Below are positions 1 to 7,605 of a stretch of DNA of 32,000 nucleotides, piece by piece; within the stretch, counting starts at the first letter, position 1, and every line of letters starts with the position of its first letter. Made by a program: the position numbers and the translations under genes. The DNA is taken from positions 6,660,001-6,692,000 of the forward strand of contig NZ_CP042911.1 of NCBI RefSeq assembly GCF_008065095.1. The letters run 5' to 3'. A model generated the notes under the pieces. It did not search any database. It had not been told where the DNA came from and saw nothing but the letters and a program-made list of their open reading frames with translations. This DNA comes from Gemmata obscuriglobus. Its GTDB lineage: Bacteria; Planctomycetota; Planctomycetia; Gemmatales; Gemmataceae.

Positions 1-1694
1 AGATACACCTTTGCCCCCCCCTCCACGGGCGGCGGGGTGTCGGCGAAGCGGGCTTCCGAAATGGCGACGAAGCCGGGGCCGTCGTCGAGCAGTTCCAGGT
101 ACGCCGGTTGCCCCTTCCACATGCCGAGGTCGAACGTCATCCAGTGAAGCTCTTCGCCGTGACCGATGCCGTGCGCCAGCCCGCCGTAAATCGGGTTCTG
201 AATGAGCTGCAAGCCGTTCAGAATGACCCGCGCCCGCGCGCTCCGCCCCGCGACCCGGATCGCGAGGAACGGCTTGTCGATGGTGAACGTGGGCGACCGC
301 AGCGCCCCCGTCAGCTTTTGCGTCTCGCGACCGCTGTGCGGGAATCCGTCGCCGCCCTCCGGGCGGAACGCGAGCCCGTCCGCGAACCACCGGTCCCGCC
401 ACCCGGCCCCGAACTCCTCGAAAGCGGGGCTCTTCTCACGCCAGCCGGTCGCCCGCGGCGGGTTCGGGCCGTCGGGGGGCGTGTTGTCGCGGGCGAGCTT
501 CGCGCGGACCGCTTTCAGTTCGTCGAGCAGCTTCACCGTCGGGGCCGGGTCGCTCACGTCGGTCCGGTTGTACCGCGAACTGCTCAGCACCCCGAAGAGT
601 GCGTAATAGTCTTTCGTGCTGATCGGGTCGAACTTGTGGTCGTGGCACCGGGCGCACCCGATGGTCAGCCCCAGCACCGTTTTGCCGAACACGTCGATCT
701 GGTTATCGACGCGGTCGGCGTACTCGGCCCGCGAGTCGACCGGCGAGTGCTTCGCCTCCCCGAGCCACCAGAACCCGGTCGCAATGAGCGCGTCATTCAG
801 CCCCTCCTTCGAGAACCGCGGCAGGAGCAGGTCTCCTGCGATGTGTTCCGTCAGGAAGGTGTCGTAAGGCACGTCGGCGTTGAGCGCCCGGACCACGTAG
901 TCGCGGTACCGCCACGCGTCGGGGATGTCGAAGTCGAACTCGTGGCCCTGGGTCTCGGCGTACCGCACGAGGTCCAGCCAGTGGCGTGCCCACCGCACCC
1001 CGTATTGCGGCGACGCGAGCAGCCGGTCCACCACCTTCTCGAACGCGCCGGGGCCGTCGTCCTTCAGGAACGCGTCGACTTCTTCGGGGGTGGGAGGGAG
1101 GCCGGTCAGGTCGAAGGTGACGCGCCGCAGCAGGGCGCGCTTCTCGGCGGGCGGGGCGAACGAGAGGCCGTCCTTTTGGAGCCGCGCGAGCAGGAACCGG
1201 TCGATGTCGTTGCGAACCTCGGCCTTCGAGCCCTGGACGGTCGGCACCGGGGGCCGCTGGATCGGACGGAAGGACCACTGAGCTTTGGCGCGGGCGTGCG
1301 GGTCGAACTTTTCGGTCGCTCCCTGTGCGCTTCCGCCGTCGGCGGGCCATGGCGCGCCGCCCTTCACCCACGCCGTGAGGGTCGCGATGTCGGCGTCGGA
1401 GAGCTTCCCCTTCGGCGGCATCTTGATGTCGCCGCCGTAAGCGACCGCCTCAATGAGCAGGCTTTTCGCGGGGTCACCGGGCTTCACCGCGGCGCCGTTG
1501 TCGCCGCCCTTGGCGAACTCGGCCTTGGCGTCGAGCCGCAACCCGCCCTTCTGCTTCTTGGCGTCGTGGCAACTGGTGCAGTGCGCGACCAGGATCGGCC
1601 GCACCTTCTTCTCGAAGAACTCGTTATCGACCGGTTCGGCGGCGCGAGCGACCGGGGCCAGAAGTGCGACTGCGACGAGCGCGGCGGTTCGCAT
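1..1694 (-). CDS. PSCyt1 (planctomycete cytochrome c) / DUF1549 / DUF1553 family protein; C-terminal end lies beyond the window start
   Basis: I translated the minus strand from the ATG at 1694-1692. It reads MRTAALVAVALLAPVARAAEPVDNEFFEKKVRPILVAHCTSCHDAKKQKGGLRLD (signal peptide plus CxxCH), then RRVTFDLTGLPPTPEEVDAFL (DUF1549-like), then GCARCHDHKFDPISTKDYY (DUF1553-like). The frame stays open to position 3. The ORF track omits it because there is no in-window stop. The listed + ORF 108..1718 is its shadow. Confidence 0.85.
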   Translation of the reverse strand, partial: MRTAALVAVALLAPVARAAEPVDNEFFEKKVRPILVAHCTSCHDAKKQKGGLRLDAKAEFAKGGDNGAAVKPGDPAKSLLIEAVAYGGDIKMPPKGKLSDADIATLTAWVKGGAPWPADGGSAQGATEKFDPHARAKAQWSFRPIQRPPVPTVQGSKAEVRNDIDRFLLARLQKDGLSFAPPAEKRALLRRVTFDLTGLPPTPEEVDAFLKDDGPGAFEKVVDRLLASPQYGVRWARHWLDLVRYAETQGHEFDFDIPDAWRYRDYVVRALNADVPYDTFLTEHIAGDLLLPRFSKEGLNDALIATGFWWLGEAKHSPVDSRAEYADRVDNQIDVFGKTVLGLTIGCARCHDHKFDPISTKDYYALFGVLSSSRYNRTDVSDPAPTVKLLDELKAVRAKLARDNTPPDGPNPPRATGWREKSPAFEEFGAGWRDRWFADGLAFRPEGGDGFPHSGRETQKLTGALRSPTFTIDKPFLAIRVAGRSARARVILNGLQLIQNPIYGGLAHGIGHGEELHWMTFDLGMWKGQPAYLELLDDGPGFVAISEARFADTPPPVEGGAKVY

Positions 1695-1800
1695 AAGTTA
1701 AGATCCGACGGCGAGTGAGGCGGGAACGTCATTGTCCGCCAAGCTGCGCGCGGGTTCAAGCGAAACCGCCCCCGTCGAGGGGCGTCTTCAGTGCGGCACA

Positions 1801-1905
1801 CCAGTCGTTTCAGGTTCCAAATTGGTCACCGGCTCGACAAACGCCCACAGGCCATTCGTGTGAGTTCTCACATGGAACTTGGAACCTGGAACTCGAAACG
1901 ACTGG
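1801..1905 (+). promoter_or_regulatory. Long stem-loop carrying three GGAAC heptads, in the divergent intergenic region and putative 5' leader of the 1948 gene
   Basis: ccagtcgtttc (1801-1811) is the exact reverse complement of gaaacgactgg (1895-1905). aggttccaa (1812-1820) is the exact reverse complement of ttggaacct (1879-1887). A 7-nt bulge (1888-1894) separates the two helices. The 3' arm reads ggaactt ggaacct ggaactc. Confidence 0.4.
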
Positions 1906-1947
1906 GTGCGCGGCTCCGGATCGGGACTCAACGGCGGGTGGAATCGC

Positions 1948-3816
1948 ATGGCGTCCGAACGCGAGGCACCGTCGGCGGTCGATTACGTGGTGATCGCGCT
2001 GAGCCCGGCGCTGGTCATGCTCATGGTCGGCAGCCTGGTGTTCTTCCTCGTGGAAGTGCTGTACGCCGGGCAGTACTCGGGCCGGCTGCTGTACACGATG
2101 TTCTTCTTCGTGTTCGGCGCGGTCCTCGTCGCCCGCATCTCCATCCAGTACGACGCCGCCCGCGCGTCGCTGTACGGTGCCGGGCTCGCGATCGCGACGT
2201 ATCTGGCGCTCTTGGCCTACGTCGAGTACCCCGCGGGGTGGCTGCGGGCGTGGGGCTGGCTCGTGAACCTCGGGCTGCTCGTGCTGATCTGGTGGAGCGC
2301 GCACAAGCTCACCCGGGACTGCACCCACCTGGACGAGAAGGACAGTTCGAGCGGGCGCGGGCTGCTCTCGGCCGCTGGGCTGGACGCCGACGAACCCGCG
2401 CCGGCGGCGGACGGGGCGCACGGGCCTCCCGAACCGGCCAAGCCCGTTCGCGCCCGCAAAAAGAAGGGCAAAAAGAAAAAGGCACACGGCTCGAAGCTGT
2501 GGGACTGGATCGAGCGGTACAAGGCGCACCGCGAAACCGAGCGCAAGAAGGGGCACACACCCGGCGTGTGGGTGCTGTACTTCGCCCTGGCCGCGCTGCC
2601 GCTGTTCGCCCTGGGGCAGTCGCTCGTCGGCCCCGACGACGCGGCCCGGCGCCGGGCCACGTTCCTTCAAATGACGGTCTACATCGGGAGCGCGCTCGGG
2701 CTGCTCGTCACGACCAGCCTGCTCGGGGTGCGGCGTTACCTGCGCCAGCGCAAGGCCACGGTGCCGGTCCCGATGACCGTGAGCTGGCTCGTGTTCGGCG
2801 GCGTCCTGATCGCGGCGTTCCTCGTGCTCGGCGCGTTCCTCCCGCGCCCGCACTCGGAGGTGCCGTGGTTCGGGATCGAGCGTGCCGGCAAGGCGCAGCG
2901 GAACGCGTCCCGGAACGCGCAACTCGGCGATGCGTCCGGCGAAGGCGACGGACGCGGCGGCAACAAGACCAAGGCCGGAAACGGCTCCGCGAGCGGGAAG
3001 GGCGGACAGCCCGGGGGCGGAACAAAAGGTGAAAAGGGGAGCGGCGGAAAGGGCTCGGACGGCAAAGGCGGGAGCGGGAAGAAAGGTGATCAGTCCGGCG
3101 GGGACCAGAAGGGCAACGGTAAAGGACAGGGGGGCGAGAACGAGGGCCGTAAGGACGACGAGAACGACCAGCCGGGCGGTGACCCCGACCGCGAAGGCGA
3201 GGACGCGAAAAGCGACGGCGGGCGCAAGAGCGGCTCGCCGTCCGATTCGCGGATGGGCGAGACGTTGGCGAAGATTGCGGGCGTGGTGAAGTGGATCGTG
3301 TTTGCGGTCGTCGCCATTCTGATCGTGTTCGGACTGTTTTTCGGGGTGCTGAAGTACCTCGCTCCGTTCACGGAATGGGCTCGGCGCTGGCTAGAAGGAA
3401 TCCGCTCGTGGTGGCAAAGTTTGTTCGGGGCACGCGCCCGCCGCGAGGGCGGGGCCGCGGTCGGCGAAGCGAAACCGCTCGGACCGCAGCGCCCGCCGCC
3501 GTTCAGTGCGTACTCGAACCCGTTCGCCGACGGCACGTCCGAGGAACGCGACGCCGCCGAACTGATCGCGTACACGTTCGAAGCGTTCGACGCCTGGGCC
3601 TGGGATCACGGCGCCGGCCGCGACCCGGCGGAAACGCCGCTGGAGTTCGCCCGGCGTGTCGGAGAAGCCTTTCCCGATCACGCGGAGGCGTTTGCCAAGC
3701 TGTCGAACCTGTACACGCGCACGGCCTACTCGGAGCTTCCCATTCCCGAGAACGCACTGGCGGTACTGGAAGACGTGTGGGAACGTCTGGTACACGGGGC
3801 CGGAGTGGAAGTTTGA
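1948..3816 (+). CDS. Multi-pass membrane protein with a C-terminal DUF4129-like domain and a Gly/Lys-rich disordered linker
   Basis: This is the track ORF 1879..3816. I prefer the in-frame ATG at 1948 (MASEREAPSAVDYVVIAL...) because 1879 lies inside the stem-loop. It has several hydrophobic helices, a low-complexity segment GKGGQPGGGTKGEKGSGGKGSDGKGGSGKKGDQSGG, one more TM helix, and a C-terminus ELIAYTFEAFDAWAWDHGAGRDPAETPLEFARRVG...LYTRTAYS typical of DUF4129. Confidence 0.75.
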   Translation: MASEREAPSAVDYVVIALSPALVMLMVGSLVFFLVEVLYAGQYSGRLLYTMFFFVFGAVLVARISIQYDAARASLYGAGLAIATYLALLAYVEYPAGWLRAWGWLVNLGLLVLIWWSAHKLTRDCTHLDEKDSSSGRGLLSAAGLDADEPAPAADGAHGPPEPAKPVRARKKKGKKKKAHGSKLWDWIERYKAHRETERKKGHTPGVWVLYFALAALPLFALGQSLVGPDDAARRRATFLQMTVYIGSALGLLVTTSLLGVRRYLRQRKATVPVPMTVSWLVFGGVLIAAFLVLGAFLPRPHSEVPWFGIERAGKAQRNASRNAQLGDASGEGDGRGGNKTKAGNGSASGKGGQPGGGTKGEKGSGGKGSDGKGGSGKKGDQSGGDQKGNGKGQGGENEGRKDDENDQPGGDPDREGEDAKSDGGRKSGSPSDSRMGETLAKIAGVVKWIVFAVVAILIVFGLFFGVLKYLAPFTEWARRWLEGIRSWWQSLFGARARREGGAAVGEAKPLGPQRPPPFSAYSNPFADGTSEERDAAELIAYTFEAFDAWAWDHGAGRDPAETPLEFARRVGEAFPDHAEAFAKLSNLYTRTAYSELPIPENALAVLEDVWERLVHGAGVEV

Positions 3817-3889
3817 ACCGAGACCCGCGGGGCGGTCGCGGCTCGTCCTTGTAGCGGCTACCAGATTTTCCGGTTCGTTGGTTGCGCGC

Positions 3890-3915
3890 CACCCGCCTGC
3901 GTCAGCGGGCGGGTG
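3890..3915. terminator. GC-rich hairpin between convergent genes (possible bidirectional terminator)
   Basis: cacccgcc (3890-3897) pairs with ggcgggtg (3908-3915), giving an 8-bp stem. There is no clear U-tract. Confidence 0.3.
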
Positions 3916-3980
3916 TAACTCGGTGTGTTCCGATCTGGCGGTTGATCTCGTCACGGCCACCAGCTTGAAACGACTGAATG

Positions 3981-5390
3981 TCAACCCGCGTCGCCGGGGG
4001 GTTGTTGCTTCGCCTTCTGTATCTCCTCCCGCAGCAGCGCTTCAAGTTCGTCGGCGCGCTCGATGTTGCGCACCCGGAGGTCGTTCACCTCCCAACGGTC
4101 GTCGGGCTTCTCGTACAGTTGCGGCTCGCGTGGCGGGTCGCCCTCCGGCACGAGCGTCGGCACGATCAGCGACCATTCACCCGTGCGAAGGGCGATTTCG
4201 GCCGCCCCTCCCAGTTCGAGCTGTGTGATTGCGGACGCGCGCAGCGACTCCGACAGCCCTCGCGCCGGCGGTAGCAAGCTGTGACCGGGTGTACCGGCCG
4301 GCGGTGTGAGACCGAAAAGTTCGAGCAGCGTCGGGAACAGGTCCGGCGGCTGCGTGAACCCGCTCACGCGCCGTCCGGCCTGTTCGGCGTTCGGCAGGCG
4401 GAGCAACAGCGGCAGGTGAACCAGTTCCTCGTGCAGCCAGGGGCGGTACAACCCGACCTGACCGTGTTCGCCGAGCGGGTGCCCGAAATCGGACGTGATG
4501 AGCCACGCCGCGGACCGATCCAGCTCCTCCTCGCGCAGGATCTCGAACACGGCCCCGAGTTCCGCGTCGAGTTTCGTGACCACCGCGGCGAAGGTCTTGT
4601 GCAGCCAGTCCCAGAGGTCGAGGTCGGCGCGATCGAACGGCCCGGTCGGCGGGTCGGCGAACGGCTCGACGGGCTCTTCGGGTTCCTCCGTCTCCGGAAG
4701 GGCCGGGGTTGGCTCCTCGGGTTCGTGGGCCTCTTCAGCCCCTTCAGACTCGTCCGCCTCGTCGGATTCGAGTTCCTCGACTTCGTCCGTCTCTTCCGCC
4801 TCGTCCGATTCGGGCTCGTCGCCATCAGCCGTTTGAGACTTCGGTCCGGGTTCCTCTTCGATGTCCTCCAGGTACGCCTCGAACACGTCCTGCTGAACGT
4901 CCCACGGGGGGAGCAGGCGGTCCGTTTCGATCCAGAGCAAGAACTCGGGAACGTTGCGCAGGCGCTCCAGGAGTGCCGGCAGCGAACGGATCAGTTCTTC
5001 GAGCGGGGAATCGTCGTCCGGCTTGGGGCGGGCGTCGAACACTTCCTGCCAGCCGGCGTAGAACCAGTCGGGGGCATCGGTGTCGGGGTGGTTCGCGCGC
5101 ACGAGAACGGTTCGCGGGGACGAACCGCTCTCCCCGGCTCTTTCACCGAGAACGAGAAGAGGGGTTTCGGTCGCCGGTCCGCGTGTTTGCTCGCTTTCGG
5201 TGGGGGAAAAGTGCTTTCCCGTCCACGCCCGGCGTGCGGCGTCCGGGTCGGGGCGATCGCTGATGTGCCGGTCGAACGTGACGCCCTCCGCGGCGAACCG
5301 GTCCAGGTGCGGAGTGCCGACCCAGTCGTTGCCGTAGGCCCCCAGCCACCCGGCCGGGAGCCCGTTGAGCGCGAAAACGATCACTCGCAT
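3981..5390 (-). CDS. Sulfatase-like (alkaline phosphatase superfamily) protein with a non-canonical active-site region and an acidic insert
   Basis: This is the track ORF 3981..5498. The likely start is the internal ATG at 5390 (MRVIVFALNGLPAGWLGAYGNDWVGTPHLDRFAAEGVTFDRH). It has a sulfatase-like N-terminus and a later SDFGHPLGEHGQVGLYRPWLHEELVHLPLLLRLP block. There is an Asp/Glu-rich run of about 60 aa (DEPESDEAEETDEVEELESDEADESEGAEE...). Confidence 0.7.
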   Translation of the reverse strand: MRVIVFALNGLPAGWLGAYGNDWVGTPHLDRFAAEGVTFDRHISDRPDPDAARRAWTGKHFSPTESEQTRGPATETPLLVLGERAGESGSSPRTVLVRANHPDTDAPDWFYAGWQEVFDARPKPDDDSPLEELIRSLPALLERLRNVPEFLLWIETDRLLPPWDVQQDVFEAYLEDIEEEPGPKSQTADGDEPESDEAEETDEVEELESDEADESEGAEEAHEPEEPTPALPETEEPEEPVEPFADPPTGPFDRADLDLWDWLHKTFAAVVTKLDAELGAVFEILREEELDRSAAWLITSDFGHPLGEHGQVGLYRPWLHEELVHLPLLLRLPNAEQAGRRVSGFTQPPDLFPTLLELFGLTPPAGTPGHSLLPPARGLSESLRASAITQLELGGAAEIALRTGEWSLIVPTLVPEGDPPREPQLYEKPDDRWEVNDLRVRNIERADELEALLREEIQKAKQQPPGDAG

Positions 5391-5563
5391 TCGAAGATTC
5401 CCAGATACGCAGGTCGGAACAGAACGGTGGCCGCCCGGCCGGCGGCGCCGGGCGCTTCCACTTCCGACTTGAGGCCGAGCAGGGGCGGAAAGGTTCACCG
5501 GACTATTCGCTCCGGCCCGCCAGGATAAGCTAGCAGGGTGTCACCGGGGTGGGAGGTTTCCGC

Positions 5564-7405
5564 GTGCTGGGTCCGATCTTTTCGCGCGAAGTGGTCACGG
5601 TGCCGCGGCGGTCCGGGCACTACCCCCAGCGGGCGGCCCTGGTCGGGCTGCTGTGCATCCTGGGCGTCACCACCTGGCAGGCCACCATCGGGTTCGCCCG
5701 CGACGCCACGCTCGGCGAGACGGCGAACTTCGGGCTGCTCCTGTTCCAGATCGTTGCGTTCGTCCAACTGTTCCTCACGCTGTTCTTCGCCACCCTGTCG
5801 GCCGCCGGCGCGGTCTCGCAGGAGAAGGACCGCCGGACGTTCGTGCTCCTGCTCCTCACGGACCTGCGGGACTACGAAATCGTGCTCGGGAAGTTGCTCG
5901 GCGCGCTGCTGCCCATTCTGATTCTGCTCTTTGTGAGCGTGCCGGTCCTCGCGCTCTTGCTGCTGCTCGGCGGGATCGATCCCGAGCAGGTGCTCCAGGC
6001 GGTGCTGGTGCTGTTCGCGTCGGCGATCGCGGCCGGGTCGCTCGGCGGGCTGGTGGCGCTGTGGCGCGACAAAACGTACCAGGCGCTCGCGCTGTCGGTC
6101 CTCTTCCTGGTTCTGTACGTGTGCGTTTCGCAGGGCGTCGGCACGGTCGGCCCGATGCTCGTTGCGGACTGGGACTGGCCGACGATACAAGCCTGGATCG
6201 ACCCGTTCGTCGCGATGCTCAGCGTCCTCGAACCGCCGACGACCGGCGCGGGGCTCGCGCCCGCCTACGGGTTCGTGCTGGTGACGCTCGCGTTCTGTGC
6301 CGCCCTCAACGGCATCGGCATCTGGGGGCTGCGGAAGTGGAACCCGAGCGGCGAGCCGATCATGCAGCGCGAAAGCTCGAGCGCCGCGGAAGACCCGGAG
6401 TCGAACGAGGCCGTTGAGGCCGAGAAGCGCGCCCGGGCGCACGCCGCGCCCGGCGACGCGCGCCAGGTGTGGGCCAACCCGGTCCTGTGGCGCGAGATCC
6501 GCACCCTGGCTTACGGGCGCCGGCCGCTGCTGGTGAAGTTCGCGTTCGGGATCGTGCTGGCGCTGATCCTGTACTTCGCGGTGAACGAGCTGAACCGGCC
6601 CGGCGGGCGGCCCGCGTTCGCCGCCGCCTACGGGCTGGTGCCGGTGGCCGTGCTGAGCTTGCTCCTCGTCGCGGCGCAGGCGGTGACCTCCATCACCTCC
6701 GAGCGCGACGGCGCCGCGCTCGACGTGCTCCTCGTGACCGACGTGTCCCCCAAGGAGTTCGTGTTCGGGAAGCTGCTGGGGGTGCTGTACAACACCAAAG
6801 AGTACATCGTCCCGCCGCTGCTCCTCGCGGGCTTCTACGCGGTCCGCGGCGCGCTGGCGCGAACGCCGGCCGGGACACCGCCCGGCGACGTGCTGGCGGC
6901 CAACTTCGGCCCGCTGGTGGCGGTGGCGGGCGCGCTGATCGTGCTGTTCGGGTTCGCGACCGCCCTCGGGCTGCACGTCTCGCTGCGCATCACCCAAAGC
7001 CGGCTCGCGATCGGGCACACGCTCGGAACGGTGTTCTTCCTGTCCACCGGAACGCTGATCAGCATTTACCTGATCGTTATCAACGGCGGCAGCTTCGGGA
7101 ACCAGTGGTTCAGCTTCCTCGCCTTCCTGGTGCTGGGCATCGGGGGGCTGCTGTACGTGCTCAGCGCCGACCGCCCGTCCCCGGCGCTGACGCTCGCGAG
7201 CGTCGTGTGCCCGCTGGCGATGTTCTACTGCGTGGTCAACGTGCTCATCGGCGGCCGCCCCGGTGCGGAAGAATCGGCGGACCCGCTGGTGCCGTTCCTG
7301 GCGCTGGGAGCCGCGTTCGGGTTCGCCGTGTACGCGATGCTGTTCCCCCTGGTCACCGAGTTCGACGTGGCGCTGGGCCGCACCGCCCAGCCCAACGAGA
7401 GCTGA
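5564..7405 (+). CDS. ABC-2 type transporter permease, internally duplicated (two fused permease modules)
   Basis: This is the track ORF 5549..7405. The GTG at 5564 is preceded by ggagg (5552-5556). The N-terminus LGPIFSREVVT and a second module starting NPVLWREIRT (about aa 300) each lead into about 6 hydrophobic helices. The motif AVSQEKDRRTFVLLLLTDL is typical of the ABC-2/NosY-like family. Confidence 0.8.
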   Translation: MLGPIFSREVVTVPRRSGHYPQRAALVGLLCILGVTTWQATIGFARDATLGETANFGLLLFQIVAFVQLFLTLFFATLSAAGAVSQEKDRRTFVLLLLTDLRDYEIVLGKLLGALLPILILLFVSVPVLALLLLLGGIDPEQVLQAVLVLFASAIAAGSLGGLVALWRDKTYQALALSVLFLVLYVCVSQGVGTVGPMLVADWDWPTIQAWIDPFVAMLSVLEPPTTGAGLAPAYGFVLVTLAFCAALNGIGIWGLRKWNPSGEPIMQRESSSAAEDPESNEAVEAEKRARAHAAPGDARQVWANPVLWREIRTLAYGRRPLLVKFAFGIVLALILYFAVNELNRPGGRPAFAAAYGLVPVAVLSLLLVAAQAVTSITSERDGAALDVLLVTDVSPKEFVFGKLLGVLYNTKEYIVPPLLLAGFYAVRGALARTPAGTPPGDVLAANFGPLVAVAGALIVLFGFATALGLHVSLRITQSRLAIGHTLGTVFFLSTGTLISIYLIVINGGSFGNQWFSFLAFLVLGIGGLLYVLSADRPSPALTLASVVCPLAMFYCVVNVLIGGRPGAEESADPLVPFLALGAAFGFAVYAMLFPLVTEFDVALGRTAQPNES

Positions 7406-7415
7406 CTCAACAGAA

Positions 7416-7580
7416 ACAGAATGGCCGCAAAGAAGCACAAAAAGCACAAAAAAGAGAAGCAGCCCCGATCAAGCAGAAACCAAGGTTCGACCGGACCACG
7501 GAACTAACGGGTGTCGCTCGATTCGGCTACGCGTCCGCTGTTCTTTTTTGAGCTTTTGTGCTTCTTTGCGGCCATTCTGT
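7416..7580. repeat. AT-rich imperfect inverted repeat (about 45-bp arms, 26-bp perfect core) flanking two convergent mini-ORFs
   Basis: cagaatggccgcaaagaagcacaaaa (7417-7442) is the exact reverse complement of 7554-7579. The arms extend imperfectly to 7463 and 7537. Confidence 0.7.
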
Positions 7581-7605
7581 CTTTGCCTTTCGAGGTCGAA
7601 GCGCC

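Noticed and set aside
108-1718. A 536-aa plus-strand ORF, the longest listed ORF in the first 1.7 kb
   Set aside because: It has an Arg/Pro/Gly/Val-rich composition with no recognisable motifs. It lies exactly opposite a minus-strand frame that encodes a textbook PSCyt1/DUF1549/DUF1553 protein. It is a high-GC shadow ORF.
1879-1947. ATG at 1879 as the start of the DUF4129 gene, as in the ORF track
   Set aside because: It lies inside the 3' arm of the 1801-1905 stem-loop. The first 23 residues (MEPGTRNDWVRGSGSGLNGGWNR) are encoded by the GGAAC repeat itself. The ATG at 1948 is more plausible, though this is not proven.
5495-7447. A 650-aa minus-strand ORF opposite the ABC-2 permease. The same situation applies to 1810..2922(-), 4281..5528(+), 7504..8664(-), 8965..9636(-), 10370..11290(-), 11415..12263(+), 25923..26807(+), 26239..27984(+), 24226..24777(-) and 29697..30395(+).
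   Set aside because: All are Arg/Glu/Gly/Pro-rich antisense frames of genes with clear family signatures. Open antisense frames are expected in a genome this GC-rich.
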